DNA from: the human T2T-CHM13v2.0 reference genome, Homo sapiens
Reading direction: 5' to 3' (one strand)
Assembly (NCBI RefSeq): GCF_009914755.1
Contig: NC_060933.1
Length of the DNA: 64,000 nucleotides
Part shown: positions 12,406 through 25,401 of the stretch, piece by piece
Layout of the letters: the number at the start of each line of letters is the position of its first letter
Numbering within the stretch: the first letter of the stretch is position 1
Notes under the pieces: generated by a model
The model's database searches: none
What the model saw: the letters and a program-made list of their open reading frames with translations, nothing else
Told to the model about the DNA's origin: nothing
Translations under genes and position numbers: made by a program

Positions 12406-13129
12406 CTATCACTTCCTACACCAAGGTTGGTAACAGAAATAATCAAAAAAACAAAACAAACGAATAAACGAAAAAGCAAGAAAATGTTTCCTATTATCTC
12501 TTTCAAAGTTTCAAGGATATTTGAAATTCTTCTGCTTCTTCTAAAATATATCTAATGTTACATTTTCACAGAAATCATAAAACAGTTATAGATTTTTATC
12601 TAGTCTGTGACCTAGATGTCATAGAACAGAAATAATATTCTAGTACGACAGTGTGACTCTAGTTTGAGTTAGGCAGTTGAAGCAATTGACTACCTGGACC
12701 TACCTAATGTATAAGCATTCTGAAGAATATGGAAATGTGTGTTAACGTAACAATAAGCACAAATGTAACAGGGGGAAAAAAAGGAACTAAAATTCTTGGG
12801 ATTGTGTACTAGCATAGCACCAATAAATGATTTTCAGTCTTTCAAAATAACTTGGTAATACTGTATGTTTTCAGATTGTTGTATCATCCTATTTCCTTGT
12901 GAAAAGCTGTTTTTCAGTCCTTTGGATTAAGGACTATTTGAGAAGACACAAAAACTTATTTTTCAGAGTTCTTCACCCTCCCTTCCCTTCACCATAGCCA
13001 CGTATACATATAACACTTACTGAATTACTATGTGCCTAGCACTATTCTAGATGCTGGGGATTCAGTAGTGATGGGAGAGCCAAACCAGCTAGCTCAGCTT
13101 CAAAGGGATAATAAAGGGAGAAGGAAGGA

Positions 13130-13350
13130 AATTAACATTCTTTGGCAACTTTATTGTTAGTTACTCTGCCAGATGATTTAATATGTCATTAACTTCCCCC
13201 AAAACAGCCCTAAAAGATAGCCAGGATCACCCCCAACCCTACAGATAGGAATTTAACATTCAGACTTGAGTAATGTGTCTAAACCTATACAGTTAGGAAG
13301 CACTGGAAGGTTGATACAAATTCATGCTTATGTAGCTAGAAAGAGCATCT
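13130..13350 (-). mobile_element. MIR (degenerate)
   Basis: cagccctaaaagatag...acagataggaatttaacattcaga...gagtaatgtgtctaaacctatacagttaggaagcactgga. Confidence 0.55.
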
Positions 13351-15020
13351 CTCTTCATTCCCTCTGTTTCACTCTGTCTTTGTAGTTCTCTTTCCCTTTG
13401 CCTCGACTTCTTGACTCTCAATCACGCTCTTCATCTTGCAGAGGCCACTGAAATAATGACTATTTTGTTCATTATATGTAAAGTAAGACTCATTCTTACC
13501 CAAATGGTCTCTTAATGCATTGTATCTACATAACCATATCTATAGATCCCTCTACATATGTACCTGTTCATGCCACAAATATCTCTTGGGTGCCCAATAA
13601 ATGCCAGGAACATTTCTAGGCCATAGAAAACTGTAATGGAGCTTATACACAAAGGAAGAGGTATACAGGATAAAAGTCTCAAGACATAAAGAGTATAATT
13701 TCACATAGTAAAAAGTGCTATGAAGCAAATTAAACAGGTCATATACAAACACACTATATATATATATACTACATGTACAAAACATACATATATGCAAATA
13801 TACCTTCTCAAGTTTTTGTATAAATATTGATAGTTAATAACTAGCTTTATTAAAAGCCATCACGTTTTTATGAGCACATACTTTTCTACTATACTTAATT
13901 TTCTAGTTGACCAGTAAATGACAGATCTGCAGTTACCCACGTAATTAAACAAATACATAAACAAACAGAAAGAACTATGTATGCCGATACTTAGAAAGGT
14001 AGAAAATATCTAAAAACTGTTAATATTGATTTTCTGGTCTCACTTATGATTTATAGCTTCATTTTTTTAATAGCTCTTTTGGTATTTATGCTCCAAGAAA
14101 TATAGGATCTCTTCTGGGAAAATACAAACTATGATCAAATTTTCAACCTGAATACAGACATCATCAGACATGTGAGAAAAATCTCAATAGTGCTACACTT
14201 ATGACCAAAAATCTATCAATTAAAAAAAAATCTACTGTGTTAAAGGGTGAAAATAACATTTATGTAATGCATGGATAAAGTTTAATAATCAAAGGTAAAG
14301 TTCTAAGAAACAAAAAAGAAAGGCATGGAAAGTTTTTAGATATAAATTAAAACACAGCTCATTTTGGAAGATGACAGATAAGAGAGTCTTGAAATGATAT
14401 GACTATTCCCCGATTGCCCAGTAGTTAAAAAAAAAAAAAAAATCTTGCTATCTTTAACAAAACATATTAAGAATATGGGATGTGTGTCATCATAGTTGTG
14501 TTTAATGTGGCATTAATTCACAAGTCATTGTTTTTTTAATAAGATATAATAAGTTACTTGCTCTTCTAAGGAGATACGTAATTAGGGCTTTGATAATTAA
14601 ACCCTAGATGAGGCATTTGGCATATCTGTGCCCTAAATACCAATAAATTATGCATGTACAACTTTTAAAACTACATCTTAATTAGTAGCTTAAAATAAAA
14701 CTAATTTGGAAAACCAGGATACTGAATTTTTAAAAACTGCTCAAATTTTATCAATGAAAGCCAACCAACTACCTAGTTTTAAATATAAACCTCAATTATG
14801 TATGAATGACTGTTTGATAGATTACTTTAAGTGAAGTATTTTAGTAAACTCCTTTGTAATTTTCAGCTCACATAAAGATGGCCTAGGTTAACTTAATCAC
14901 ACCTTTTCTCACTTATTAGGTTTATCTCCTTAGCCAATGAGTCACGTCCCAACCTCATTTTCTTTTACTACTACTATTTTACTTCTGCTCAATTCTGACC
15001 TACCATTGTTTATACCCACC

Positions 15021-15514
15021 TGTAATGGTTAATTGTACGTGTCACTTGATTAGGCGAAATATCTGGGGTGCTCAAATATTTGGTCAAATGTTATCTTGAG
15101 CATTACTGTCAGGGTGTTTTTGGATGCGATTAACATTTAATTTAGTCACCAAGCAAAGCAGATTGCCCTCCCTAATGTGGGCAACCCTTATCCAATCAGG
15201 TAAAACACTAAAGAGAACAATAAAGCTGAGCCTCACCTAAGGAAGGAAGAACTCCTCCTACCTTCAAACTGGGACATCAGCTTTTTCATGCCTTTGGACC
15301 CAATCTGAAACATCAGCTCTTCCTAGGTCTTCAGCTTGCCAGCCTGTGGACTAGAACTGCACATCAACTCTCCTGGGCCTCCAGCTGCCAACTTTGGCAG
15401 ATCTTGAAACTTCTTGGCCTCATTAATAATGTCAGCTAATTTGTTAAAATAAGGCTCTTCCTATATATGTATATATTCTGTTGGGGTTCTCTTTCTCCAG
15501 AGAACCCTAATACA
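15021..15514 (+). mobile_element. MLT2-type (ERVL) solo LTR
   Basis: TG...CA ends: tgtaatggttaattgtacgtgtc...tttggtcaaa...gtttttggatgcgattaacattt...aagcagattgccctccctaatgtggg...atccaatcag...gagaaccctaataca. Confidence 0.88.
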
Positions 15515-18500
15515 CTGCACACACCTACCATCAATACTCAGTGATTTCCTCCCTAAGCCACTTTGCTCAAGAAGCTTCTAGTTTCTACTCCTCTCTCAAG
15601 TTAGCTCTGTCTCACAGACTCCTAAATATTCTTCATGCCCCAACCCAGCAGTCTCCTCACTCTCACAGTGTATCATCCATGTAGCATTTTACACATTTTG
15701 CACCCATGGCACTTGAGCACTTTTTATTTCCCATCATGCTCATCTGTCGACATGTCAGCTGGAAGAACATTGTTCTTCCAGGACAATATCTTGTATATAA
15801 AGTAAAAATCTGAAGGGCTGAAACTCACTGTCACACGTACTGCAGCAGGGATCACTTCAGACTTGGCCAAACCCGATGAAAATCTTAGCTGTACGACCAA
15901 GAACAAATCATGTCAAACTCTCTGGACCTTGGCTCCTTACATCAAAAATAAGTAGTGAGGCTAGGTAAACACCAAATTCCCTTCTAGCTCAACATTTCTA
16001 TGGTTCGGTTAACAAGTTAAGCAGCAGTAAACACTCGCATGAGTTGATGTTCATTTCAAAATTATTAAAAATAATATTTTAATATGAAGTCAAAAGAAGA
16101 AAATTGTTCTCACTTCAATGCAATGATTTACAAGTGTGCTCATTTTTTCTGAGCCCTTTTTAGACATGATCTCAGTGTGGCAAAACAAGTAATAGTTCCA
16201 AGGAAGGAGCATGCATCACCAACATAACAGTCCTCAAAAGATAGATCAGAAGGAAAATGAATAGCGTCTCCTCACAGGTACACTTTCTCCCCCAGATTTT
16301 CAGTTTTAATGTCTCCCCTTACTAGGGTCTCTCATAGACTATCCACATGGGCTTCTGTCTTTGTGACCACTGATACCCAAAGAATCACTGTTTTTAAATT
16401 CTAAAGATTACACCAACGAAAGTCAGGAGCGTCTGTTCACTTAAAGTGGCTCTGCCCACTACCACCTTTTCCCAGCATGGAAATGAGGTACACACGAAAG
16501 CTTTATCGTGTTGGTATCAATGTATTCCAAGTACTCAACTATTTTATAAGCCTTTTCAAGTAATCTTCAGTCAGTACCATAATTGTCAGCACGTTTGTTC
16601 TGTGTTGGCCACCCTTCCTTTTGTTTCAGTCTTTCATAAAAATCCTTTTGTGTGACAGTCAAGCAGCTGTGCTTTGTTCTTTAATGTTCCTAGCCTGGAT
16701 CTCCAGCCGAGACCACTTTATAACATAAACGGCAAAGTACCATTTTCACAGCGGGGACAACTGTGTTCATCTTCAAAAAGAGGCATTAATAAAATGAGAC
16801 TGTAATCAACATGCTAATTCTGATCACAGGGTACTGCACAATGGCAGAGATAGTTGACTGCCTTCTCCCTGAAAGATTGTAAAAGTTGTATGTTTTTTTT
16901 CCTAACAACTGCCATAATGGCTTACATTTTTTGAAACAGACATATTATGCAAACATTTCTATTTCCCATTGCAGTGCCTTCTCTGTCTCATCCAACTGCT
17001 CACTGTGTGTTTTACTATCTCAGTAACAGTCACCTTCAGGGAGCAAATTTTTTCCATCTTGCAAGAACTGACTTGCTGAAATAGGCATGTCAATGAATCA
17101 CGGAAAGCTGGAGAGGGGTGATCTGAGTGATTTCATCGCTAATCCAAGGCCTTCCCAATGCATATCAGGCCAAAAAAAAAAAAAAGAAACAGAACAGAAC
17201 AGGGAAGTTAACGTATTTGCTTAAGAATCCAGTTATTTTGTGACAGAGCTAAAGCTGGAATTCAATTTCCCAAGACCTAGACTTGGGTACTTCACGTATT
17301 ATCTTTTGTCCTAATGGTGATCATTCACAAATAATATATTTATATGTAAGAGTAGGTACACATAAGTATCACTTGATGAAATATATTTGCTAAACTAGGT
17401 AACTAAAATGCCTCATATCTGGTAAACTAGCATGTTTAGACAATAATTGTACTGTAGATATGTTCTATGAACAAAGCCAGTTCCCTATAAATAGATAAGA
17501 GCAGCAGTGTTGTATATCATACCCTGTTCTGTTGTGCTAGTGGTGGTGGTGGTTTGGGGCAGTGCTATTTGAGAACAGCCCAGTCTAAAAATAATCTACT
17601 AAGATTTTTTAAATGACCCATTACATGCTGTTTGAGATAAGAGCAAAATAATGTATTTTCTGATTACTCCCCTAAAAAAAATTCTAAGTTCAAGAAACAT
17701 GATGACATTTAGTAAGATGCTTAGATTCAAAGTTGATTAAATGGTTCCAGAACTTTGTCTTAGAGAAGGGAGGTTATGTAAGTAAGAATAATTATTGATG
17801 TCTTTCCTCTTGCCCAAAAGAAGCAAGTACCCTTGGACTCTTACTAGAAAGAAAAGTCTATGGATGGTGATATCTCATTTTCCCTGCCTAGTGATTGATA
17901 ACATCTATCAGAGAGAATATTTTCATCCTCAGTTATCACTGCATAAATTTGTATTACATGGTTTCCTGCTGATATCTTTAGTCAGGAAGAAATTGTGACC
18001 AGCAAACTAACGAAACAGACAGAACCAATTCCATTTAGATGACAATCCCTGTTCTTACAACACTCTCTCTGGTCCTATGCTTGCTCTTCACTGAAAGCCT
18101 GATAGTTAATTCACTGTCCTTAGTAGCATTCCACAATTAGTTAAGGCACAGTCCTTAGTAGCCTCAGTACATCCTAAGGCCTTCACTTAAAGTTCTGCTT
18201 AGGATGGGAAAACACAAGTAAAACAGATATACTCAGCCTCCTAAAGTGTTGTATCATTAGGGAGTCAGTATTTTCTTGTGTTTCCATAGCCAAGACAACT
18301 AAAAAATTAAAATGACTTGGAAGACATAAGCCCTACATTCACCTCCCCCCTCTCCTACTTCTTTCGTGAACCACACTCTATGGTATAGTTAATTGCCCAA
18401 ATATCTTATTTCGGGGCACATTCAGCCTGAGCTTGTGGTTATCCCTCCTTATTGAAACACAGTTTTTGAGAGTAAGGGTAATTTGAAACAAGCTACGAAG

Positions 18501-20678
18501 GGAAACTTGTTCCTGAAATGCTCCCTTCGAGGCACATGGGTGGTCAGAGTATTATTTCAATGTCTTCTTCATTAACCATACAGGTCAGATATTTGAATCT
18601 CCAATTAATTAGTTTCTCTAGTAGCTTGTGTGAGATAAATCAATGATCTTCATCCAGTTCACTTAGATAAAGCCCATCATGAGAGCTGGCACATTTTTGG
18701 CATTTGTCAGTAAAGCAGGGAGAAAGTAAATGATCCACGTGGACGAAATGGGAATCTAATGAGGCCACTGGACGAAAAGTGTAAAATGGTCTCCATCTAC
18801 TGCAGAACAGAGTGCCTGAGTGTCCGCCAACATGATTTGCAAGAGAAAGTGAACCTAAAATCTCCTCAACTGTGGTATAAACCTCTTCACACTCATTTAT
18901 TTAGCTATTCATGATGTTCAAAGTCTATGAATGTCAGTTTACACTGGAATATTATTAAACACTACTATTAATAGAAATAACAATATTTAGAAGTTTTAAG
19001 CAAACAGTGACTCCAGGAAACAAAAATAATTTCCATCCATATTTATTTTATCCTAAAAGGATATATAAAAGTATTCTATTTTAAGATTATGTTTAGACTA
19101 CCTTTCTGTCATCTAAAATACTTTTGAATTTTTCTCATGAAAGTTCTAAAACTGCTCAACATAGTCTTTAAAAAAATGGAAAGGGTTAACTACTCAAATC
19201 ATAAATTTTCATACAAGTATACTTACATATGACAGATGTTCACATAGAAAGTTGAGACCATATTAAACATTTTTGATGCATTTGTTTTATATGGGGACTA
19301 GCTGTATAAAAGCAGAGGAGATGATGAAACTCCAGCCAACTGAGAGACAGGAAAACATTAATCCATGTAAATTTCTAAGTAAAGTGATATTTTGCTCCAA
19401 TTTTTTGTTAATGTCTTCATTGGATGCATAAAGATAAGTCAAGCACATGACTGCCATTAATTCCTTTTAAGGAGTTCAAGGGATTTGGAAAGTGAGAAAA
19501 CTCAAAAACGTTTCTGATAAGTTTTATTTTATTGTACCTTTTTAATATACCTTCTATATGATGGCACTGATTCTAAACTAGGTAAATAAATGGAGATTAA
19601 AATTTTTAAAGCAGATGAACAAATGAGCCAGATTTGGCTTCAAATATGAACACCTGAAAAATGACAATTTTCAGACAAGCTGAAGTGAACTATGTATGTA
19701 TATTCAGAAATATGTATACTTTCCATAGTGCATATTACAGCACATATAAACATAGTCTCTAAGATTCCTGCCAGTTCTAAAATCTAATTTCTAACTCCTA
19801 TTCTTTTTTTTCCCTAATGTCTTATTCTTGCCTATTAGACCATTCCTTCCTTTCCCTTTTCAAATATTTTAAATATATTTTGAAACCCATTCATACAGTT
19901 CAGTTACCTGTGGATCAGAGACTATGATTTCCACCCTTGATGGTTGGGCTTACTGTCGCTTGCTGGTGGTAGCTGACTTGATTGCTTTAGAACTGGTGTT
20001 CATTAGCCCATCTGGGTATGAACAACCTTCTCTAGGGTTGTGTATCTGGATTATCGGAATGTCTCTGTGGGGTGAGTGCTATTATGGGTGTCTGTTGCAC
20101 ACTCTATGGGACTCACTGTTTCTGACCAGCTTTTATGTTAAACTATTTGGTCCTGAGTATTGCACAGTAGGAATAGTGCTGGAAATCTCACTTGTATGCA
20201 GAAAGCTGATCTAGTCTCTGTTACTCTCAACTTATTTTATATACGTATGTATCTTGCTGGAGTGTTAAAACTCCAGCACTAAAGCATAAGGTCCATTTTG
20301 TTATTATCTTGGGTTATTACAATTGTCTTTTCTCTAGGAAATCCCTCCCTTGTTTTTAGCAACTGGAAATTTCAATTTCTTGTTTGTAAGCCTAATTATG
20401 CTTTTAATTTTATTTTCAGATACTTTGTCAACATTTCTATGTGTTGGTCAGGGAATGGGGAACTTCCTGCACCAACCTAGCTTGTCATAACAGCCAGAAA
20501 TGTAGCTCAAATCTCACTTGTCTGTTTTAAAGCAGCATCTGTTACATGCATTTAAAAGATATACATCCAATTGTCAATACTTTCCCTGCAACTTAATAAG
20601 GTGTTTATACTATTTCAAACGTAATTAAGGATATATATGTAAATAATCTCATTTTCTCAGCCTCTTGAATTGCTTCTT

Positions 20679-20721
20679 TGTGTGTGTGTGTGTGTGTGTG
20701 TGTGTCTGTGTGTGTGTGTGT
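20679..20721. repeat. (TG)n microsatellite, about 21 units with one interruption; reads (CA)n on the PTPRD sense strand
   Basis: Directly visible. Confidence 0.97.
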
Positions 20722-21873
20722 TTAGTTTCAAAACCACCAGGTAAATTTGACCTACATTACTAATTACTGCTGGCCTCCAAATAAATAAGTTCTTGACAAT
20801 ATCAATAGGGCTTACCTCCTTGAAAGAAACCAAGATGTTTATCAAATCAAACTTTTTTATTTTATAAAAGATATAAAGTAAAACCATCCCTCCATGGGGG
20901 TAAAAAAAATGAAATAGTAGAGAAATGTACTTAATCTACATAAGTTCCTCTATGATTCTGATTGTTTCCTTTCCAATTTCTTTCATGTTAGGAAAGTCTA
21001 TTCTCCTAAATTTTGGAACAGAGGAAAATACAACAAAACAAAACAAATGAGTTGTGTGAGGGAGAGAAAGAGATAAAGGCACAGAATAGTTAATCTGGAA
21101 ATGTCAACTGTGAGGTGCCTAATTGGGAATGTTCGTATCTCTATACAGAAGCCTGAATTAGAGACATACAACACAGTCTTCATCATAGCTTTATTCTCCA
21201 GCACTCTCATTGTAAAGGAAGTCTACAAACTGAACACACTGTACTGGAGATCTGGCAACTCACCCTGTGCCTTTGTCAAATTGTGTAAGCAACATTGTTG
21301 GAGACAAAGAAAGGGATTTGTCAGCCCAGTTATTTAGATCAATACATATTGGTTTAAGAAAGATAACAGACAAATAAAAAATGTATTTTTTTTCACATAA
21401 GACAGGTGCATTTCTTATACTTGGTTCTGACCAATTGCTTAAGGAAAGTTCATCTTTAGGCTAAGGTTCTTTCTTTAATTCTGCAAATATCAATGTCAGC
21501 TGTGGTAGTTGTAAAAAACGTAGCTGCTGAATACAGTATGAAAAATCCATGCACGAGTAATGCCAACATATAAAAGAGTACCATATCCTGTTTCCTTTCT
21601 AGATGCTCTGCCAAAAATCAAAATGGTATCTGGCATTTGAAGTCAATGCTTTTTTCAGCTTTTTTACCTCTGATATTCCCCCTGAACTCTAGTTCTGTAA
21701 AGACCCAAAACTAGAGAAGGTATCCACTGTCTAATTAAAGTTCAAGTCTTACAAACATTTAACTGAGTTTCCCATTTAAGCACCATCACAATGCTAGTCT
21801 TTTCAATGATGCTACAAAAGAGATACAGAATTGTAACAATGACACAAACGACAACCTTCACTTGAGCACTTAC

Positions 21874-22015
21874 CCCGCAAAACTGTGAGTCTGGTGGATA
21901 CACTTATTTCTCCCACATTATTTGAGGCCACACATTCATAAATGGCCTCATCCCTCGGAGTCCGTAAGGGTTGTATTCTGAGAACTGATCCAGACCCATC
22001 GTCAAACTCTATTAC
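21874..22015 (-). CDS. PTPRD: PTPRD coding exon, second half of Ig-like domain 1 (142 bp; probably exon 14)
   Basis: Minus strand tctaatag|GTA ATA GAG...TTG CGG G|gtaagt translates as [47 protein letters not shown], in frame with the previous exon. DxAxYxC Ig motif; phase 0 to phase 1. Confidence 0.98.
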
Positions 22016-23469
22016 CTATTAGAGGAAACAATAGCTGTCACAGGTGTTGTTACAATTGTCTACCTCTCAGCTAAAGCTCTCAATACAGTGGTGGATCCGC
22101 CATTAGGCTCATAATAAACTAGGCATCATTCTGAAACTGAATTTTGATATAGTGGTGAAAAAATATTTGGTCTAATTTAGTGAATCTTCTACTGAACAAG
22201 GAGAAAGATATGCAACTACATATGCAAAACATGGAGATTTCTAGTCCCTACTAAAAACTACCAGGGTTTATTCATTAAAATATTTCAGTATGTTCATCTA
22301 GGGCAATTTGACTCTATTAATTTTGCAAGAGGCTTGCAGCTATAATGGATAAACTTCTTAAATTATTCTTTCTCTCACAGCACATATACGAATGTGGATT
22401 CATTCAATAATGGGACTGTAAGGTGAAGAATTAATGCATGCCACCACAGATAGCTCTGCTAGTTTAAACTGTCTCATCCTGAACAGTATAGATAGGCAAA
22501 CCACGAAAAGAAATTGCATAAATCTAGTACTTAGGCAGCCAACGAGACAGCTTTCACAACCCAAAAGCCTGATGGTGTGCATTAATTTTGCCATAAATCA
22601 TTCCAGTATTTGTTCTAGCTTAGCATTTTCTGCATTTTTAGAGCATTCTTGCTGTAAAATGGAGGCTTGCTTCACCAGGCAGAAAATTAATGTCCTAAAC
22701 ACTAAGCCTGAATTCACCATCATTAGGAACTCTTCTTGGAAACAGTTTAGTGACACTGATAATCCTGGGTACTTGTTAGCTAATTCAAGTACCACTTAAA
22801 AAAAAAAAAGATGATGATATTAACAAATATGTATACAATATTATGGAGTCCTCTGTCTTTTCTGTAACTATGCTGCATTCCTTCAGCTGTTCACTGAGAA
22901 GTTGTGCCTTTTTTCTCTTGTATTTCACTGTGAATATTCCCATGTGCCTAAATTATGAATAAATTGAGATTGCCTCATATATATATTTATGGGGTGCTTA
23001 ATTCCAGATTTTGTGTGTGCATGTGTATATTAACACAGAGAGGAAGGACATTCATATTTTCAAAATATGTCCACTTCAATCTTTGTGCATTCCATTTTTG
23101 TTCAAAATTCACAAAAATATTCAAAATGGCCCATTTCTCAATGCACTACAGTTTATTTTCAACTCTATAAAGCATACACTTTAAAATAAATCTACTATGC
23201 ATCTTAGGAAAGAAAAGTTTCATAGTTTCATATTGGAAGCTTTGTTAAGCATTCCATAATTTTAAAAAAGTTATTTATGATCATTTTATGATTTAGGTAG
23301 GAAAAGGTTAAAGCAACTATAAACCCAATTTAAATGTTGACTAATTTATTAATAAATGTCATTGTATGTTTACATTTGTGAACTATTTCCTAGATTTAGA
23401 TCTATCCTCTTACAACATACAATATACCACACATTACACGCCAGTGATGTAATTTCCAGTTTGAAAATA

Positions 23470-23660
23470 TCCAGTATTGATTTCATGCCTGCCATGGACC
23501 AGACACCATACTTAGCACTGGGGATAGAAGAGGGAGCAAAAACAGTCAACATGTACTGCTCTCAGGGACCATACAGACTAGTAATACCATATATATTGTT
23601 TAATAATATATATTTAATAATATATATTAAATATATATTATATATATATTAGTGTTAAAT
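23470..23660 (-). mobile_element. L2 fragment followed by AT-rich low-complexity tract
   Basis: tgcctgccatggaccagacaccatacttagcactggggatagaag...tgctctcaggg...acagactagt then a (TA)-rich run. Confidence 0.55.
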
Positions 23661-24669
23661 ATAGTAAAGATTTTCAACCAAGGACTTGATACAGTTTGAT
23701 GAAGCTGCTTTGGGTAAAAATAATTCATTTACCCCAAAGGTGTTTATATGACTCTCATGGGGAATTAGGCATTGAGCAGAGATCATGCTGTGAAATATTT
23801 AGTAGTATAATTTCACTTTTGTTACATGATTTTGTCAGGAGCCATTGTCATTAGAAAGCGTGATGTCAAACTTCTCTTTGACAAAAAATTAACTTCATTT
23901 AAATTTTTTTAATGTGCAGCAAAGATGCATACATACATCATTTTCTACATGACACAGGAAACATTTTCCAAATATTAAAGATATTTTTGTATTTAAATAA
24001 ATTATATTTCAATAATAATCAAGTATTTGATTTTCAGACATAATTTTAAACTTCTCACTTGTAAACTACAACCCAATTTCCAATGGCAAATTTCTAATTT
24101 CACCATTGTAATTAATTAGGTTCTCTATACATTTGAACCCCTGATCACCCTGTGAGTTCCTATGAAAATAAGTAAAATAAAATTGTTCTGAATTTGTAGT
24201 TGCTATATTTCTTTTAACTAGAAATTGCCTTTAATCTGCCAAACTGTAAATTAGGTCATGAAGGAGATTAGAAACTCAGGTAAAAGGGAGGTGAGTTTCA
24301 CAATTTCAGGCAGTTTGGGGGTATTGGTAGCCCCTAAAATTAAAGCTATCCTTCTCATGTCTTAAATTATGGGCATGCTATTGTGTGCCCATAATCTGTG
24401 TAGCTTTCTATATATCTTATTGCCTATATTTCTCCTCCAGAATGAGCAAATTTCTAAACCATCAGCCTTCTCACAAACACTCAAAAAAAGAATCTTTGAT
24501 TTATGTTTCACCATCTTCGCTGCACTGAGCTCTCCTGAATAAAGAAAACCAACTTCTTCGATAGGTTTCTCTGCAATATCAACCTGTTTGCATGTGTTTC
24601 TTTCAGAATAGTACTTTAAAACACTGGAACAAATTTCTCATTCTAGTTCACACTACTTGTAAAACACAG

Positions 24670-25155
24670 GTGCGAGGGGCAGTGGACCACTTCATTTGCT
24701 GCTTAGCATCCATTCCCATTCTTCTTGATAACGAGGATTTAAATTTCCTTTGGGAAAATTCTGCTCTTTCATTCTAAGCCATGCAATTGGATGGGACTGT
24801 CCTCATTCCCAGAACAGAGGTAGATTCTGATTGGCTTAAATTAAGTAGGCTACACTGTCCACCTATCCACACAAATTGTCTCAGGGATGCACAAGTAACG
24901 TAATAGGAGCCAATGGGATGAGAGGCTTCTGGAAGAGACAAGCTTTCATACATCCTACAGACGTGGTCCTGTGAGGTTGCAGAGCTCCATCTTGCAACCT
25001 GGGGATGAAACTGACAGACTAATCCTAGGAATACTATTGAGCCCTGGCACAAGTAGAAACAAAAATCAGCCCTTGAACCCCCAAATTTCCTTTTTTAAAA
25101 AGCCATTTAGAGTTACATTTTCCATCACTTGCAATGTAAGGAATACCATATATCA
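24670..25155 (+). mobile_element. MLT1-type (ERVL-MaLR) solo LTR, old (MLT1J/K-like)
   Basis: ctgattggcttaa...tcagggatgcacaagtaac...agccaatg...ccatcttgcaacc...aaatttccttttt...aagccatttagagtt...ttttccatcacttgcaa typical of the MLT1 3' end. Confidence 0.65.
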
Positions 25156-25255
25156 GTGACACCTTTTATCAGAGTAAAGCAAGCAAGTAACGTAGAAACC
25201 AAAGACAGAGCAGATACATTCTTCCCCCAGAGAAACAGAACAATGGACCTAATAC

Positions 25256-25401
25256 CTCAAATCTCTGATTGCTGACTTTCTTTCCTTTTTTGTTCCAGAC
25301 AATTTTAGGTCTTGGGTCTCCCGTAGCTTGGCAGATGAAAGAGGCAACTCCGCCAGAGACCCCTGTCTGATCAACGGGTGTTCGTGTAAACCTTGGAGGT
25401 G
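25256..25401 (-). CDS. PTPRD: PTPRD coding exon, first half of Ig-like domain 1 (146 bp; probably exon 13 in RefSeq numbering, from recall)
   Basis: Minus strand ttatttcag|CA CCT CCA AGG...AGA TTT GAG|gtatta translates as (T)[48 protein letters not shown], matching the recalled PTPRD N-terminus. Canonical AG/GT, phase 1 to phase 0. Contains the Ig Cys and Trp and the KKGKK heparan/chondroitin-sulfate-binding loop of LAR-family RPTPs. Confidence 0.98.

Noticed and set aside
19900-19930. Other AG|GT juxtapositions on the sense strand (ccacag|gtaact at ~19907; also tag|gtaatt at ~5767 and ~43265)
   Set aside because: Weak pyrimidine tracts or weak regenerated donors compared with the site at 54055; expected by chance in 64 kb.
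22400-22799. Overlapping ORFs on both strands (121 aa plus; 64 and 65 aa minus) between the two exons
   Set aside because: No recognisable domain or splice-compatible frame. The repeat-free stretch may be a conserved non-coding element, but that needs an alignment.
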